64,000 nucleotides of DNA from Gemmatimonadota bacterium (GTDB taxonomy: Bacteria; Gemmatimonadota; Gemmatimonadetes; Palauibacterales; Palauibacteraceae): assembly GCA_965116475.1 (NCBI GenBank), contig OZ220691.1:2965484-3029483 (forward strand), read 5' to 3'. Positions 19,459-28,709 of the stretch are shown piece by piece; the first letter of the stretch is position 1, and each line of letters begins with the position of its first letter. The notes under the pieces were generated by a model that saw nothing but the letters and a program-made list of their open reading frames with translations, was not told the origin of the DNA and did not search any database. The translations under genes and the position numbers were made by a program.

Positions 19459-19481
19459 CGGTTATCTTGTCGGTTATCTTG
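19459..19481 (+). repeat. Direct repeat CGGTTATCTTG x2 (12-bp period) upstream of the IscA-type gene
   Basis: Copies at 19459-19469 and 19471-19481, flanked by AGGGAGAA at 19441 and 19482. Confidence 0.8.
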
Positions 19482-19563
19482 AGGGAGAAGAGCGGCGCCG
19501 GGAATCCGACGCGCCGGGTACCGAAGCGATGCCGGCAGATAGGCACATGCAGGCAAGGGCGGT

Positions 19564-19923
19564 ATGAGCGAAATAGCAGAGGCCACGCGGTCGGCCGAAC
19601 CCATCGTCAATCTGACGCCCGAGGCGGCCGCCAAGGTCAGGGAGTTCCAGGCCGGGACGGACGCGGAAACGGTCCTGAGGGTGAGCGTGATTCCGGGCGG
19701 GTGTTCCGGTTTCGAATACGGGCTGGACGTGGACACGTCGGTGCGCGAGGACGATTTCACCTTCGAGTCGGAGGGGGTGCCCGTCGTCATCGATCCGTTC
19801 AGCGCGCAGTACCTGGCCGGACTCTCCATCGGATACCACAGTTCGTTTCAGGGCACGGGCTTCACGTTCGAGAATCCGAACGCGACCGGGAGTTGCGGCT
19901 GCGGGACCTCTTTCGCCGTCTAG
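19564..19923 (+). CDS. A-type Fe-S carrier (HesB/IscA/ErpA family)
   Basis: GGCSGFEY and NPNATGSCGCGTSF. Confidence 0.95.
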   Translation: MSEIAEATRSAEPIVNLTPEAAAKVREFQAGTDAETVLRVSVIPGGCSGFEYGLDVDTSVREDDFTFESEGVPVVIDPFSAQYLAGLSIGYHSSFQGTGFTFENPNATGSCGCGTSFAV

Positions 19924-19986
19924 CGAACCGTGGCCCTGGAAGTCTCGTGCGGACGCCCGGGTCCGGGTCCGCGGGTGCGGGGCACG

Positions 19987-20604
19987 ATGCCGTTTCGCGT
20001 CGGATTGACCGGCACGGTGGCCGCCGGCAAGAGCACCGTGGCCCGCAGCCTGGCGGCACGGGGCGCCACGGTCATCGATTCCGACGAACTTGCGCGCGAG
20101 GTCGTGCGTCCGGGGTCCCCGGCACACGCCCGCGTCCGCGAGGCGTTCGGGAGCGGCGTCATCGGCCCCGACGGGGCCATCGACCGATCCGCCCTCCGGG
20201 ACGCGGCCTTTGCCGACGAACAGGCCCGCCAACGCCTCGAGGAGATCTCTCACGCCGGCATCCGTGAACTCCGGGCCCGCCGGATCGCCGAAGCGGCGGC
20301 GGCCGGCGCGCGCGTGGTCGTCGAGGAAATCCCCCTCCTGTTCGAGGTCGGCCTGGAAGACGACTACGACATGATCGTCGTCGTGGATGCGCCGCGAGAG
20401 GTGCGCGAGGCGCGGGCGCTGGCGTCCCGAGGATGGACCGCGGAGGACTTCGCCGCCATCGATGCCGCGCAGCTTGCGGCGTCGGAGAAGCGGCGCCGGG
20501 CCGACCGCGTGCTCGACAACCGGAGCGATCCCGGCGCACTGGACACCGCGGCGGGCGGACTGTGGCGGGAGATCCTGCGGGCGGCCGGCGAGGGCGGGTC
20601 TTGA
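19987..20604 (+). CDS. coaE: Dephospho-CoA kinase
   Basis: VGLTGTVAAGKSTV, IDSD, IDRSAL, EIPLLFE. Confidence 0.92.
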   Translation: MPFRVGLTGTVAAGKSTVARSLAARGATVIDSDELAREVVRPGSPAHARVREAFGSGVIGPDGAIDRSALRDAAFADEQARQRLEEISHAGIRELRARRIAEAAAAGARVVVEEIPLLFEVGLEDDYDMIVVVDAPREVREARALASRGWTAEDFAAIDAAQLAASEKRRRADRVLDNRSDPGALDTAAGGLWREILRAAGEGGS

Positions 20605-21635
20605 CCGCATCCCCGATGTCGCCGGCGCGTGCGAACGCGCTCGAAGCGATCCGGCGCCGCCTGCGCGACGCCACGTCCGTCGTCCTCACGACCCATGTGA
20701 ACCCCGATGGCGATGGCATCGGCAGCATGGTGGCGCTGGCATCCCGGCTGCTGCGCCACGGGGCCGAAGCCACGATCGTCACGCCGAGCCGGCCGCCGCC
20801 TTCGCTCCGATTCCTCCTCAGGGACATCCCGGCGCTCGTCGAGGAGGACCCGGCAGCCGCGGACCCGCTGAACGGGGCCGACACGCTCGCCATCCTCGAC
20901 ACCGCCGAACCGAAGCGTCTCGGCAGCCTGCCCGGGCATGCGGAGCGGACGGGAGGCGTCCTGATCGACCATCACCCGCCCGTGGGGTCTCCGCTCGTGA
21001 CGCCGGCGATCCGCGATCCCTCCGCCTGCGCGACGGGCGAACTGGTCTACGACCTGCTCTCCCTCGACGACGACGGGCTCACGCGAACGGAAGCGGAAGC
21101 CCTGTACACGGCGATCTCGACGGATACGGGGTCATTCCGTTTCTCGAACACCTCCCCCCGCGCGCACGCCATCGCGAGCGAGCTGCTGGCGACGGGGGTG
21201 GATACGGGTGCGCTCTTCCGTGAACTGTACGGCGTGTACAGCCGGGGGCGACTGGCCCTCATGCGGCTGGCCCTCGAGGGTCTGGAAGTCGATCCTCGCG
21301 CTCCCATCGCCTGGATCGCGCTCGATCGCCGGGCGCTCTCGAGGACCGGGGCGCGAAGCGAGGACATGGAAGGTCTGGTCGAGTTCCCGCGCCGGCTCGC
21401 GGGAATGGAGGTCGGGCTCCTCTTCCGCGGACTCGCGCGCAATCGGACGAAGGTGTCGCTGCGTTCGAACGGGGAGGTGGACGTGTCCGGCGTCGCGCAA
21501 CTCCTCGGCGGCGGCGGACACGCGAAGGCTTCCGGCGTCCTCATTGAACTCGACCTGGACGAGGCGGTGCGGGTCGTACTGGACGCGTTGCGGCCGCTCG
21601 CGGAAGCGGCCGTCGCCTCGAAGCGGGATCGGTAG
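20601..21635 (+). CDS. DHH/DHHA1 phosphoesterase (NrnA-like oligoribonuclease/pAp phosphatase)
   Basis: HVNPDGDGIGS, IDHH, TDTGSFRF, SLRS, GGGGHAKASG; TTGA overlap with coaE. Confidence 0.9.
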   Translation: MTASPMSPARANALEAIRRRLRDATSVVLTTHVNPDGDGIGSMVALASRLLRHGAEATIVTPSRPPPSLRFLLRDIPALVEEDPAAADPLNGADTLAILDTAEPKRLGSLPGHAERTGGVLIDHHPPVGSPLVTPAIRDPSACATGELVYDLLSLDDDGLTRTEAEALYTAISTDTGSFRFSNTSPRAHAIASELLATGVDTGALFRELYGVYSRGRLALMRLALEGLEVDPRAPIAWIALDRRALSRTGARSEDMEGLVEFPRRLAGMEVGLLFRGLARNRTKVSLRSNGEVDVSGVAQLLGGGGHAKASGVLIELDLDEAVRVVLDALRPLAEAAVASKRDR

Positions 21636-21759
21636 CGACCGGCGCGCGGACGGGCACTTCGGATTGCCTCCGTCCGGGAGTCCGGCGTATGTTGTGGGGG
21701 TGCCGTGCGTTCGGGGCTGCCGGTAGCGGGGCCCGGGGTGGGGATTCGGCGGGGAGGGT

Positions 21760-22212
21760 GTGATGGACGCGAAAGTCACCAGGGACATGCCGCACGCAGG
21801 GAACGGGGTCATGGAGGATCCTGGTTCTCGCGCGGCCCGGCTCGGCGACCTCAGTCGGCGCATTCCTCCGCCCCGCATCGCGGATGTGTGGCTCTTTCCG
21901 CCGCTCCCCCAGGTCGAGGAATCTTCCGAGTTCTTCCTCTTCACGAGCATCCTCGAAGACGGCGGGCGCGCCCTCTACAGCGCCCGCATGGTGCCGGCCA
22001 ACGGCACGCCCTCCCACCAGGTGGTCGTGGAGCACGGGCGGGCGCCGGCGAACCGCGTGCCCGGCCTGGTGGCCGGATTGCAGCGGCGGCTTGGACAGCC
22101 CGCCGCCGTCCGTCACATCCCGATCGAAGGTGACGGCGCGCGCTGGGAAGCCTTCCTGGAACAGTCACGGGAGGCGGATGCCTCCGTTGATCCCGCCGGA
22201 CAGGGTCGTTAG
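21760..22212 (+). CDS. Hypothetical protein
   Basis: GGAGGG RBS; possible promoter TTGCCT-18-TATGTT upstream; coding-like composition. Confidence 0.65.
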   Translation: MMDAKVTRDMPHAGNGVMEDPGSRAARLGDLSRRIPPPRIADVWLFPPLPQVEESSEFFLFTSILEDGGRALYSARMVPANGTPSHQVVVEHGRAPANRVPGLVAGLQRRLGQPAAVRHIPIEGDGARWEAFLEQSREADASVDPAGQGR

Positions 22213-22282
22213 CTTCGGCGAACGCGAGGATCGGCCGCGATGGCCGAACGTTGGCCTTGTTCCCCGACAGTGTGATGGTTAA

Positions 22283-22729
22283 GTGAGTCCTCCCGAAACG
22301 CCACGCCGAGGCGTGTCCCGAGACGAGTTGCGTCGCGCCCTCGAGGCCGGTGGACACCGGTTTACGATCCAGCGCGCGGCCGTGTACCGCGTGCTCTCCG
22401 GCACGTCCTCGCATCCGACGGCGGACGACGTTTTCACCTCGGTGCGCGAGCGGATTCCCGACATCAGCCTCGCCACGGTCTACAAGGCGCTCGAGGCCTT
22501 CGTGACCTGCGGGGTCGCGCGCAAGCTCTCGCTCGGCGTGGGTCCGGCGCGCTACGATGGCCGAACCGACGATCACGAACATATCCGCTGTCTCTCCTGC
22601 GACCGCGTTCAGGACATCGAAGGCCTGCGGCCGCGCGACTGGATGGAGGGACTGGCCGAAATGACGCCGTTCAACGTCGTCGGCTACCGGCTCGAGCTGG
22701 AGGGCTACTGCCCCGACTGCCTGCACTGA
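22283..22729 (+). CDS. Fur/PerR family transcriptional regulator
   Basis: TIQRAAV, HPTADDV, ISLATVYKAL, HEHIRCLSC, GYCPDC. Confidence 0.92.
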   Translation: MSPPETPRRGVSRDELRRALEAGGHRFTIQRAAVYRVLSGTSSHPTADDVFTSVRERIPDISLATVYKALEAFVTCGVARKLSLGVGPARYDGRTDDHEHIRCLSCDRVQDIEGLRPRDWMEGLAEMTPFNVVGYRLELEGYCPDCLH

Positions 22730-23670
22730 ACGGAGTCGATCCGCCCCGCCGTCTCGCGGAGCACGCCTGGACGGACCGCCACAACTTCCTCGATCTCCCG
22801 CCTGAATTGTGCCGCTGGGAGGCGGCGGGCGCCGTCATCCTCCCCATTCCCTACGAAGCGACTACAAGCTGGGGGACGGGTACGCGCGAGGGCCCGGCCG
22901 CGATCATCGAGGCGTCCCGTTACATCGAGTGGTATGACGAGGAACTGGACCGCGAGCCGTACGAAGTCGGCGTATGCACGCTCCCGTCCATCGACCTCGG
23001 CACGGCCGGCCCGGAGCCGGCGATCGCGAGGCTGCGGGCTCTGTACGTTGATCTGCTCGAGGCCGCCGGGAACCGGTTCATCATCGGACTGGGCGGGGAA
23101 CATTCGATTTCCAGCGCTCCGGCCGCTGCGTGGGCGGACCGCCTCGACGGCGACGTCACGATTCTACAGTTCGACGCGCACACGGACCTGAGGGATCGCC
23201 ACCACGACTCTCCGTGGAACCATGCCTGCGTCATGCGCCGGGCGCTCGAACACCGGTCGAGCGGAGCGAAGCGGGCGGCTGCGGCGGATATCGTAGCGGT
23301 CGGGATCCGCGCGCTCACGCGGGAGGAGCGGGACGTGATCCGCGATCACCGGATCGAGGTCGTGTTCGCGCACGAGATGCGCCGGCCGGGCTGGGTCGAG
23401 CGGGCGGTGGAGGCGCTGGGGAAGAACGTCTACATCACGTTCGACGTGGACTTCTTCGATCCGTCGCTGATGCCGGCCACCGGCACGCCGGAACCCGGCG
23501 GCGGCACCTGGTGGGACGCGCTGGATCTGCTCTCCCGGGTCTTCGCCGAGCGCAACGTCGTGGGCGCGGACATCGTGGAACTCGCCCCGCGGCGGGGCGA
23601 GGAGGCCTCGGCCTTCACTGCGGCGAAGCTCGCCTACAAGATGATCGGGTTCTGGTCGGAGTACCGGTAA
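22726..23670 (+). CDS. speB: Agmatinase (ureohydrolase); probable CTG start
   Basis: GGEHSIS, FDAHTDL, TFDVDFFDPS, TGTPEPGG, DIVELAP. Frame is open upstream of the track start 22807 through an NFLDLP motif to CTG at 22726. Confidence 0.88.
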   Translation: MNGVDPPRRLAEHAWTDRHNFLDLPPELCRWEAAGAVILPIPYEATTSWGTGTREGPAAIIEASRYIEWYDEELDREPYEVGVCTLPSIDLGTAGPEPAIARLRALYVDLLEAAGNRFIIGLGGEHSISSAPAAAWADRLDGDVTILQFDAHTDLRDRHHDSPWNHACVMRRALEHRSSGAKRAAAADIVAVGIRALTREERDVIRDHRIEVVFAHEMRRPGWVERAVEALGKNVYITFDVDFFDPSLMPATGTPEPGGGTWWDALDLLSRVFAERNVVGADIVELAPRRGEEASAFTAAKLAYKMIGFWSEYR

Positions 23671-23694
23671 CCCCTGCCGGTAACGCCGCAGTGG

Positions 23695-25476
23695 TCAGGC
23701 GCTGGCGACGCGCCGCTGTTCGATGCGCTCGAGTTCCTCGGCCACGAGCTGGCGGCGCAGCAGGCGCGCGTAGACGCCATCGGCCGCGATCAGATCTTCA
23801 TGTACGCCGCGTTCGACGAGGCGTCCGTCTTCCAGGACGAGGATCATGTCGGCGGTGCGCACCGCCGACACGCGGTGAGAGACGATGATGGAGGTGCGCC
23901 CGGCCATGTATTCGCGCAGCGCCTCCAGGATCGCGGTTTCCGTCTCCGAATCCACGGCCGACAGGGCGTCGTCCAGGATGAGCAGCGGCGCGTCGCGGTG
24001 GACTGCCCGCGCCAGCGTGGCCCGCTGTTTCTGTCCGCCCGAGAGGTTGATCCCGCGCTCGCCCAGGCGCGTGTCGATCCCGTCCGGAAGGATGGCGAGC
24101 GTCTTCTCCAGCTGCGAAACGGCGAGCGCGCTGCGGAGTTCGTCCGAGACCGGCTCCCCCGCATCCTTCTCTCCGGGCACGAGTTCGATGTTCGTCCTCA
24201 GCCGCATGCTGAACAGGAACGGCTCCTGCGGGACGAATGCCATCGAGGCGCGCAGGGAACCCACGTCGAGTTCCCGGACATCCACGCCATCGAGGCGAAT
24301 CGTCCCCGCCGTCACGTCGTAGAGACGGGGGATGAGCGCGGCCAGCGTGGATTTTCCGCTCGCGGTCGCGCCGACGATGGCGACCGTCTGCCCGGGTTCG
24401 ATGCGGAAGGAGATGTCCCGCAGCACGTCGCGCTCCGTGCCCGGATAGCGGAAGGAGACGGCGTCGAACTCCAGCGCTCCCCGCACGGACGTCAGCGAGA
24501 CCGGCGACTCCGGGTCCCGGACGGCGGGGACGATATCGAACAGTTCGTTGAGGCGGCCCATCGAGGCGGCCCCCCGCTGGAAGAGGTTCGTGACCCAGCC
24601 GAGGGCGATCATGGGCCACATCAGCATCGTGAGGTAGAAGGAGAAGGCGACGAAATCGCCGAGCGTGATGGCGCCGCGGACGACCTGCCCGCCGCCGAAC
24701 CAAAGGACGACGACCGCGCCGACGCCCGTGAAGAACATGAGCGACGGGTGGAACAGCCCCCACACGCGGGCGAGGGAGAGATTGCGCGACTTGTAGCCGC
24801 GGTTGAGGGTCTCGAAACGTCGCGTTTGCGCCTCCTCGCGCACGTACGCCTTCACGATGCGGGTCCCGGCCAGATTTTCCTGGGCGAAGTTGGAGATCTC
24901 CGAGAACTGGGCCTGGATTCTCTCGAAGCGTTCATGGATCTGTCGGCCGAAGACGAACACGATGGGGGGGAGGACGACCATCGGAATCATCGCCCACAGC
25001 GTGAGCATGGGATCGATCCAGATCATGAGCCCGAGCGCCAGCGTCGCGACGGTGGCGGTATTCACCGCGTACATGATCGCGGGTCCGGCGACCATGCGGA
25101 CCGCCTGGACGTCGTTCGTCGCCCGGCTCACGAGATCGCCGGTCCGCCAGGCGTCGAAGAACTGCGGCGGAAGCCGGAGCAGGTGCGCGAAGAGGGCGCT
25201 CCGGACATCGGTCTCCATTCGGCGGCTCAGCCCGTTCAGGAGCTTCCGCATCCAGAATCTCGTCGCGCCGGCCACGACGGAGATCGCCGTGAGGACGAGG
25301 GCGTAGCGCAGGATGAGGTCGGCGCGGAGTTCCCTCTCCAGCGCGTCGATCGCCATCTTGAGCACCCACGGGCCCGCGACCGTGAACAGATTGCTCACGA
25401 TCACGAGCGTGAGCCCGGCCGCGATTCCCACGCGGTACGGGCGGAAGTAGGGTAGCAGCGCTCTGAGCGATTTCAC
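23695..25476 (-). CDS. ABC exporter, fused permease/ATPase (MdlA/MsbA-like)
   Basis: 6 TM segments, Walker A GATASGKS, LSGGQKQR, LILDDALSAVD, SHR; start GTG (MKSLRALL). Confidence 0.93.
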   Translation of the reverse strand: MKSLRALLPYFRPYRVGIAAGLTLVIVSNLFTVAGPWVLKMAIDALERELRADLILRYALVLTAISVVAGATRFWMRKLLNGLSRRMETDVRSALFAHLLRLPPQFFDAWRTGDLVSRATNDVQAVRMVAGPAIMYAVNTATVATLALGLMIWIDPMLTLWAMIPMVVLPPIVFVFGRQIHERFERIQAQFSEISNFAQENLAGTRIVKAYVREEAQTRRFETLNRGYKSRNLSLARVWGLFHPSLMFFTGVGAVVVLWFGGGQVVRGAITLGDFVAFSFYLTMLMWPMIALGWVTNLFQRGAASMGRLNELFDIVPAVRDPESPVSLTSVRGALEFDAVSFRYPGTERDVLRDISFRIEPGQTVAIVGATASGKSTLAALIPRLYDVTAGTIRLDGVDVRELDVGSLRASMAFVPQEPFLFSMRLRTNIELVPGEKDAGEPVSDELRSALAVSQLEKTLAILPDGIDTRLGERGINLSGGQKQRATLARAVHRDAPLLILDDALSAVDSETETAILEALREYMAGRTSIIVSHRVSAVRTADMILVLEDGRLVERGVHEDLIAADGVYARLLRRQLVAEELERIEQRRVASA

Positions 25477-25586
25477 GATGTCTCCGCGTGGGGGCGCCGG
25501 GCGTTTATTCTGCGGGGGCGCCGTTCGAACGTATGTGCGGGTTGCAGGCCGTACAACGACACGATGGAAGGGATGGAAGGGACAGG

Positions 25587-26342
25587 ATGGAACGGACAAC
25601 GTCAGCGAAGCTCGCCACGCTCGCCGCGATAACCGCGATGGTCACGGGCTGTGCACCGGAGATCGGCCCCGGGGCGGAGGGAAGCGCGGATGCGAACGAC
25701 TCAACGAACGACGCATCGGCGGAGAGTGCACCGCCCGCATCGCCCGTGCGGCGGATGCCGGCCGCGCCGGTGTCCGAGCCCGGCGGCGCACCTGAAATGA
25801 CCTATACCATGGTGACGGTTCAGGCCGGCGCGGAACTCGAGGTCGAACTCCTCGATACGATCCGCACGAGCGACCTTCGGCCCGGGGACCCCGTTCAGTT
25901 CGGGGTGACGCGGCCGTTGATCGAGAACCACATGGTCCTGGTGCCGCTGAACTCGCTGATCAACGGCGAGATCACCGCGGTGGAGGCCGCGCCCGACGCG
26001 GGGGGCGTCACTGAAGCCGGCGGGGCCGGCGAACCGGCCATGGTGAAGGTCCACTTCGTCGATGTCTTCTTCAACGGAAGTGCCTGGCCCCTGTCGGCGT
26101 CGGTGGTGGGGGTCATGCCGGGGCCGGGAGGCGGACCGGCGGCCGGAGGGGCGGCGCGCGTGGATTTGGGCCGCGTCCTCGCCGGCGGCCGTCAAGGCGC
26201 CGTCGCGGGCGCCGCGGCAGGAGCCGCCACCGGTTCCGCGATCCTTCTCGCGGCCGACGGCGCCGGCCCGGCGCTCCCGGCCGGAACGATCCTCAGGCTG
26301 CGGCTCGATGAACCCCTGGTGTTCGGGCTTCCGAACAGTTGA
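25587..26342 (+). CDS. Lipoprotein with TrbI/VirB10-like beta domain and glycine zipper
   Basis: Lipobox VTGC; AGAELEVEL...GDPV...VLVP...GEI; GAVAGAAAGAATG; LPAGTILRLRL. Confidence 0.65.
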   Translation: MERTTSAKLATLAAITAMVTGCAPEIGPGAEGSADANDSTNDASAESAPPASPVRRMPAAPVSEPGGAPEMTYTMVTVQAGAELEVELLDTIRTSDLRPGDPVQFGVTRPLIENHMVLVPLNSLINGEITAVEAAPDAGGVTEAGGAGEPAMVKVHFVDVFFNGSAWPLSASVVGVMPGPGGGPAAGGAARVDLGRVLAGGRQGAVAGAAAGAATGSAILLAADGAGPALPAGTILRLRLDEPLVFGLPNS

Positions 26343-26389
26343 GGTCCGAACAGCTGAGGATGGGAATCGATGCCGGCAGGCGCGCCGGA

Positions 26390-27121
26390 TCAGACACCGA
26401 TCCTCGGACACTCGGGTTCGAGCGGACATTCCCCGCAGCGCGGGGCCCGGGCGAGGCAGAGCGAGCGGCCGAACGTGATGAGCAGCATGTGCATGCGGAA
26501 ACGCTCGGAGGGTGGGACAGTGCGCGAGAGGGCGGCGTAGGTCGCGTCGGCTGAAGCCCGCGGGGGGACCCACGCGAGGCGCCGCGCGATCCGGAGGACG
26601 TGCGTATCGACCGGGAGTACGGGTCGGCGGAGCGAGAAGCAGAGCACGCACGCGGCGGTCTTCACGCCGACTCCCCGGAAGGTCGTGAGGTAGGCGATCG
26701 CCTCCTCATCGCCCATCTCCTCGAGGTGATCGAGCGTGATGCGCCCCACCTCGGCGCGGAGCCGCTCGAGGGCGGCGTGGATGGCCGGCGCCTTCTGGTT
26801 CGCGAGGCCGGCGACGCGCACGGCGTCCTGGAGCTCGGCCGGCGTGGCCCGAAGCACGGATTCCCACGAGATCGGGCCGGGGCGAGACGCTCCGCCCGCC
26901 GTTTTCCCGGCTCCCCCGGCTTCTCCGGCCGGATACCGCGCCGCGAGCGTTCGCCAGGCGCGATCCCGGTTCTCGTCGGTCGTCGACTGGCTGAGGATGG
27001 TGAGGACGAGTTCGTCCAGAGGGGCGAGGCGAGGCTTGTCGGGGACCGCGAAGCGCTCGGACAGGCGCCCGAGGACGAGGTCGGTCCCCGGACTCCGCGT
27101 CGCCTGAGGGCTGGAATTCAC
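26390..27121 (-). CDS. nth: Endonuclease III-family HhH-GPD DNA glycosylase with 4Fe-4S motif
   Basis: LVLTILSQST, GVGVKTA, PVDTH, C-x6-C-x2-C-x5-C. Start is approximate. Confidence 0.85.
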   Translation of the reverse strand: MNSSPQATRSPGTDLVLGRLSERFAVPDKPRLAPLDELVLTILSQSTTDENRDRAWRTLAARYPAGEAGGAGKTAGGASRPGPISWESVLRATPAELQDAVRVAGLANQKAPAIHAALERLRAEVGRITLDHLEEMGDEEAIAYLTTFRGVGVKTAACVLCFSLRRPVLPVDTHVLRIARRLAWVPPRASADATYAALSRTVPPSERFRMHMLLITFGRSLCLARAPRCGECPLEPECPRIGV

Positions 27122-27266
27122 GTGTGGCGTCTCTCCCCTGCCGCGGACCGCCGGGACCGGCGCGACTCCCGCCCTCCGGGCGAACCTTCTACGTTTGCGC
27201 CTGCCGAATTTACCCGGAGGCCGCGAACTCCAGCAACGAGCCGCAGGGCTCGTGAGGACCTGACGC

Positions 27267-28709
27267 TTGGATCCCCGTCTGACCGAGGGCCGCAACCCTC
27301 GTACACGCGCCATCGACCGCGCGGACAGCGCGACGATCGTCCGCATGATACAGGCGGAAGATCGCGCCGTGCCGGAGGCCGTCGCCGCGCAGGCGTCGGT
27401 GCTCGCACGCGTCATCGATGATGTCGTGGAGCGCTTCCGTCGGGGCGGTCGTCTCGTCTACGTCGGTGCGGGGACGAGTGGCCGCCTGGGCGTGCTCGAC
27501 GCGGCGGAGTGTCCGCCGACGTTCGGCGTAGCCCCGGACCTCGTGCAGGCGATCATTGCGGGGGGCTCCGGCGCGCTCGTGCGGAGCGCGGAGGGGGCGG
27601 AGGATTCCCGGAACGGGGGAGCCGAGGCGGTCCGGACGTTCGGCGTGTCGGCCGCGGACCTCGTGCTCGGGATCGCGACGTCGGGGACGACGCCGTACGT
27701 CCTCGGGGCGCTGGCGGAGGCGGCGTCGCGCGGCGCGGGAACCGCGTTTCTCGGCTGCACCGCACCGTCCTCGGAGGTCGCGGAACTCGCGGACCACCTC
27801 ATCCTGCCGCTCGTCGGGCCCGAGGTCATCGCCGGTTCGACGCGCATGAAGGCGGGGACGGCGACCAAGCTTGTGCTCAACACGATCACCACGGGAGCGA
27901 TGATCCGCAGCGGCCGCGTGTTCGAGAACCTCATGGTCGACCTGCGGGCGCGATCGGCGAAACTCGTCGACCGCGGGCTCCGCATTTTCGTTGCGCTCAC
28001 GGGGACATCGCGCGAGGAGGCGCGCCGCGCGCTGATCCGCACCGGCGGCGCGGTGAAGACGGCGCTTGCGATGCACGCGCTGGGCGTCGACCGCGCCCTG
28101 GCCGAGCGATACCTCGACTGCGCGGACGGCTTCCTGGGCCTCGCGGTCGAGCGCTTCGGCGGCGCGGAGCGTCCGTGTTACGGCGGCTACCCGGCGGCGC
28201 CGGGCCGGCCAGACGGCGCGGCGCTGCTCGCGCGGCTGGGCGCCGCGCCGGCGCGGCTCGCCGCCGCGCGCGCGGCGGGCGCCGCGGCCGAGGCGGAGGG
28301 GCAGCGCATCGCGGCGCGCGGAGCCGCGTGGACGCCGGGCCAGCACGCCGCGCACCTGGCGGACTTCGAGCGGAGCGCCGTGCGGCCGCGAGTCGAGCGG
28401 TGGCTCGCGGCCGCCGACTCGAAAGGGTCCCTCCCCACGTTCGACGACTGGACCGCGAACGCCCGCGCGCCCGCCCGCGGCTTCGAGACCGGAGTGGCCG
28501 GTTTCTCCGCGGAAAGGGCGGTCACGGTGGCGGCGGTGGCCGATGGTCCGGAGCCGGTCGCGGCGGCCCTCTCCCGCTGCGCACGCATCGGCTCCGAGAC
28601 GTTGACGCTGTATCAGTTTCTGCGGGGCGTCGCGCAGCACGATGCCGCGCACGAGATGAGGTTGCAGGAGCGCGTGCACCCGGCACTGCTGGCCGAGGCG
28701 GACCGGTGA
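27267..28709 (+). CDS. murQ: N-acetylmuramic acid 6-phosphate etherase fused to a C-terminal DinB-like domain
   Basis: TEGRNP, GAGTSGRLGVLDAAECPPTFG, GPEVIAGSTRMKAGTATKLVLN; about 170 extra aa with WTPGQHAAHLADFE and HDAAH. Confidence 0.9.
   Translation: MDPRLTEGRNPRTRAIDRADSATIVRMIQAEDRAVPEAVAAQASVLARVIDDVVERFRRGGRLVYVGAGTSGRLGVLDAAECPPTFGVAPDLVQAIIAGGSGALVRSAEGAEDSRNGGAEAVRTFGVSAADLVLGIATSGTTPYVLGALAEAASRGAGTAFLGCTAPSSEVAELADHLILPLVGPEVIAGSTRMKAGTATKLVLNTITTGAMIRSGRVFENLMVDLRARSAKLVDRGLRIFVALTGTSREEARRALIRTGGAVKTALAMHALGVDRALAERYLDCADGFLGLAVERFGGAERPCYGGYPAAPGRPDGAALLARLGAAPARLAAARAAGAAAEAEGQRIAARGAAWTPGQHAAHLADFERSAVRPRVERWLAAADSKGSLPTFDDWTANARAPARGFETGVAGFSAERAVTVAAVADGPEPVAAALSRCARIGSETLTLYQFLRGVAQHDAAHEMRLQERVHPALLAEADR

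Noticed and set aside
19460-19545. SAM-I riboswitch (TTATC...AGATAG resemblance)
   Set aside because: Core elements (AGAG..GAGGGA..GCCC, GCAACC, GTGC.AA) are absent or out of order.
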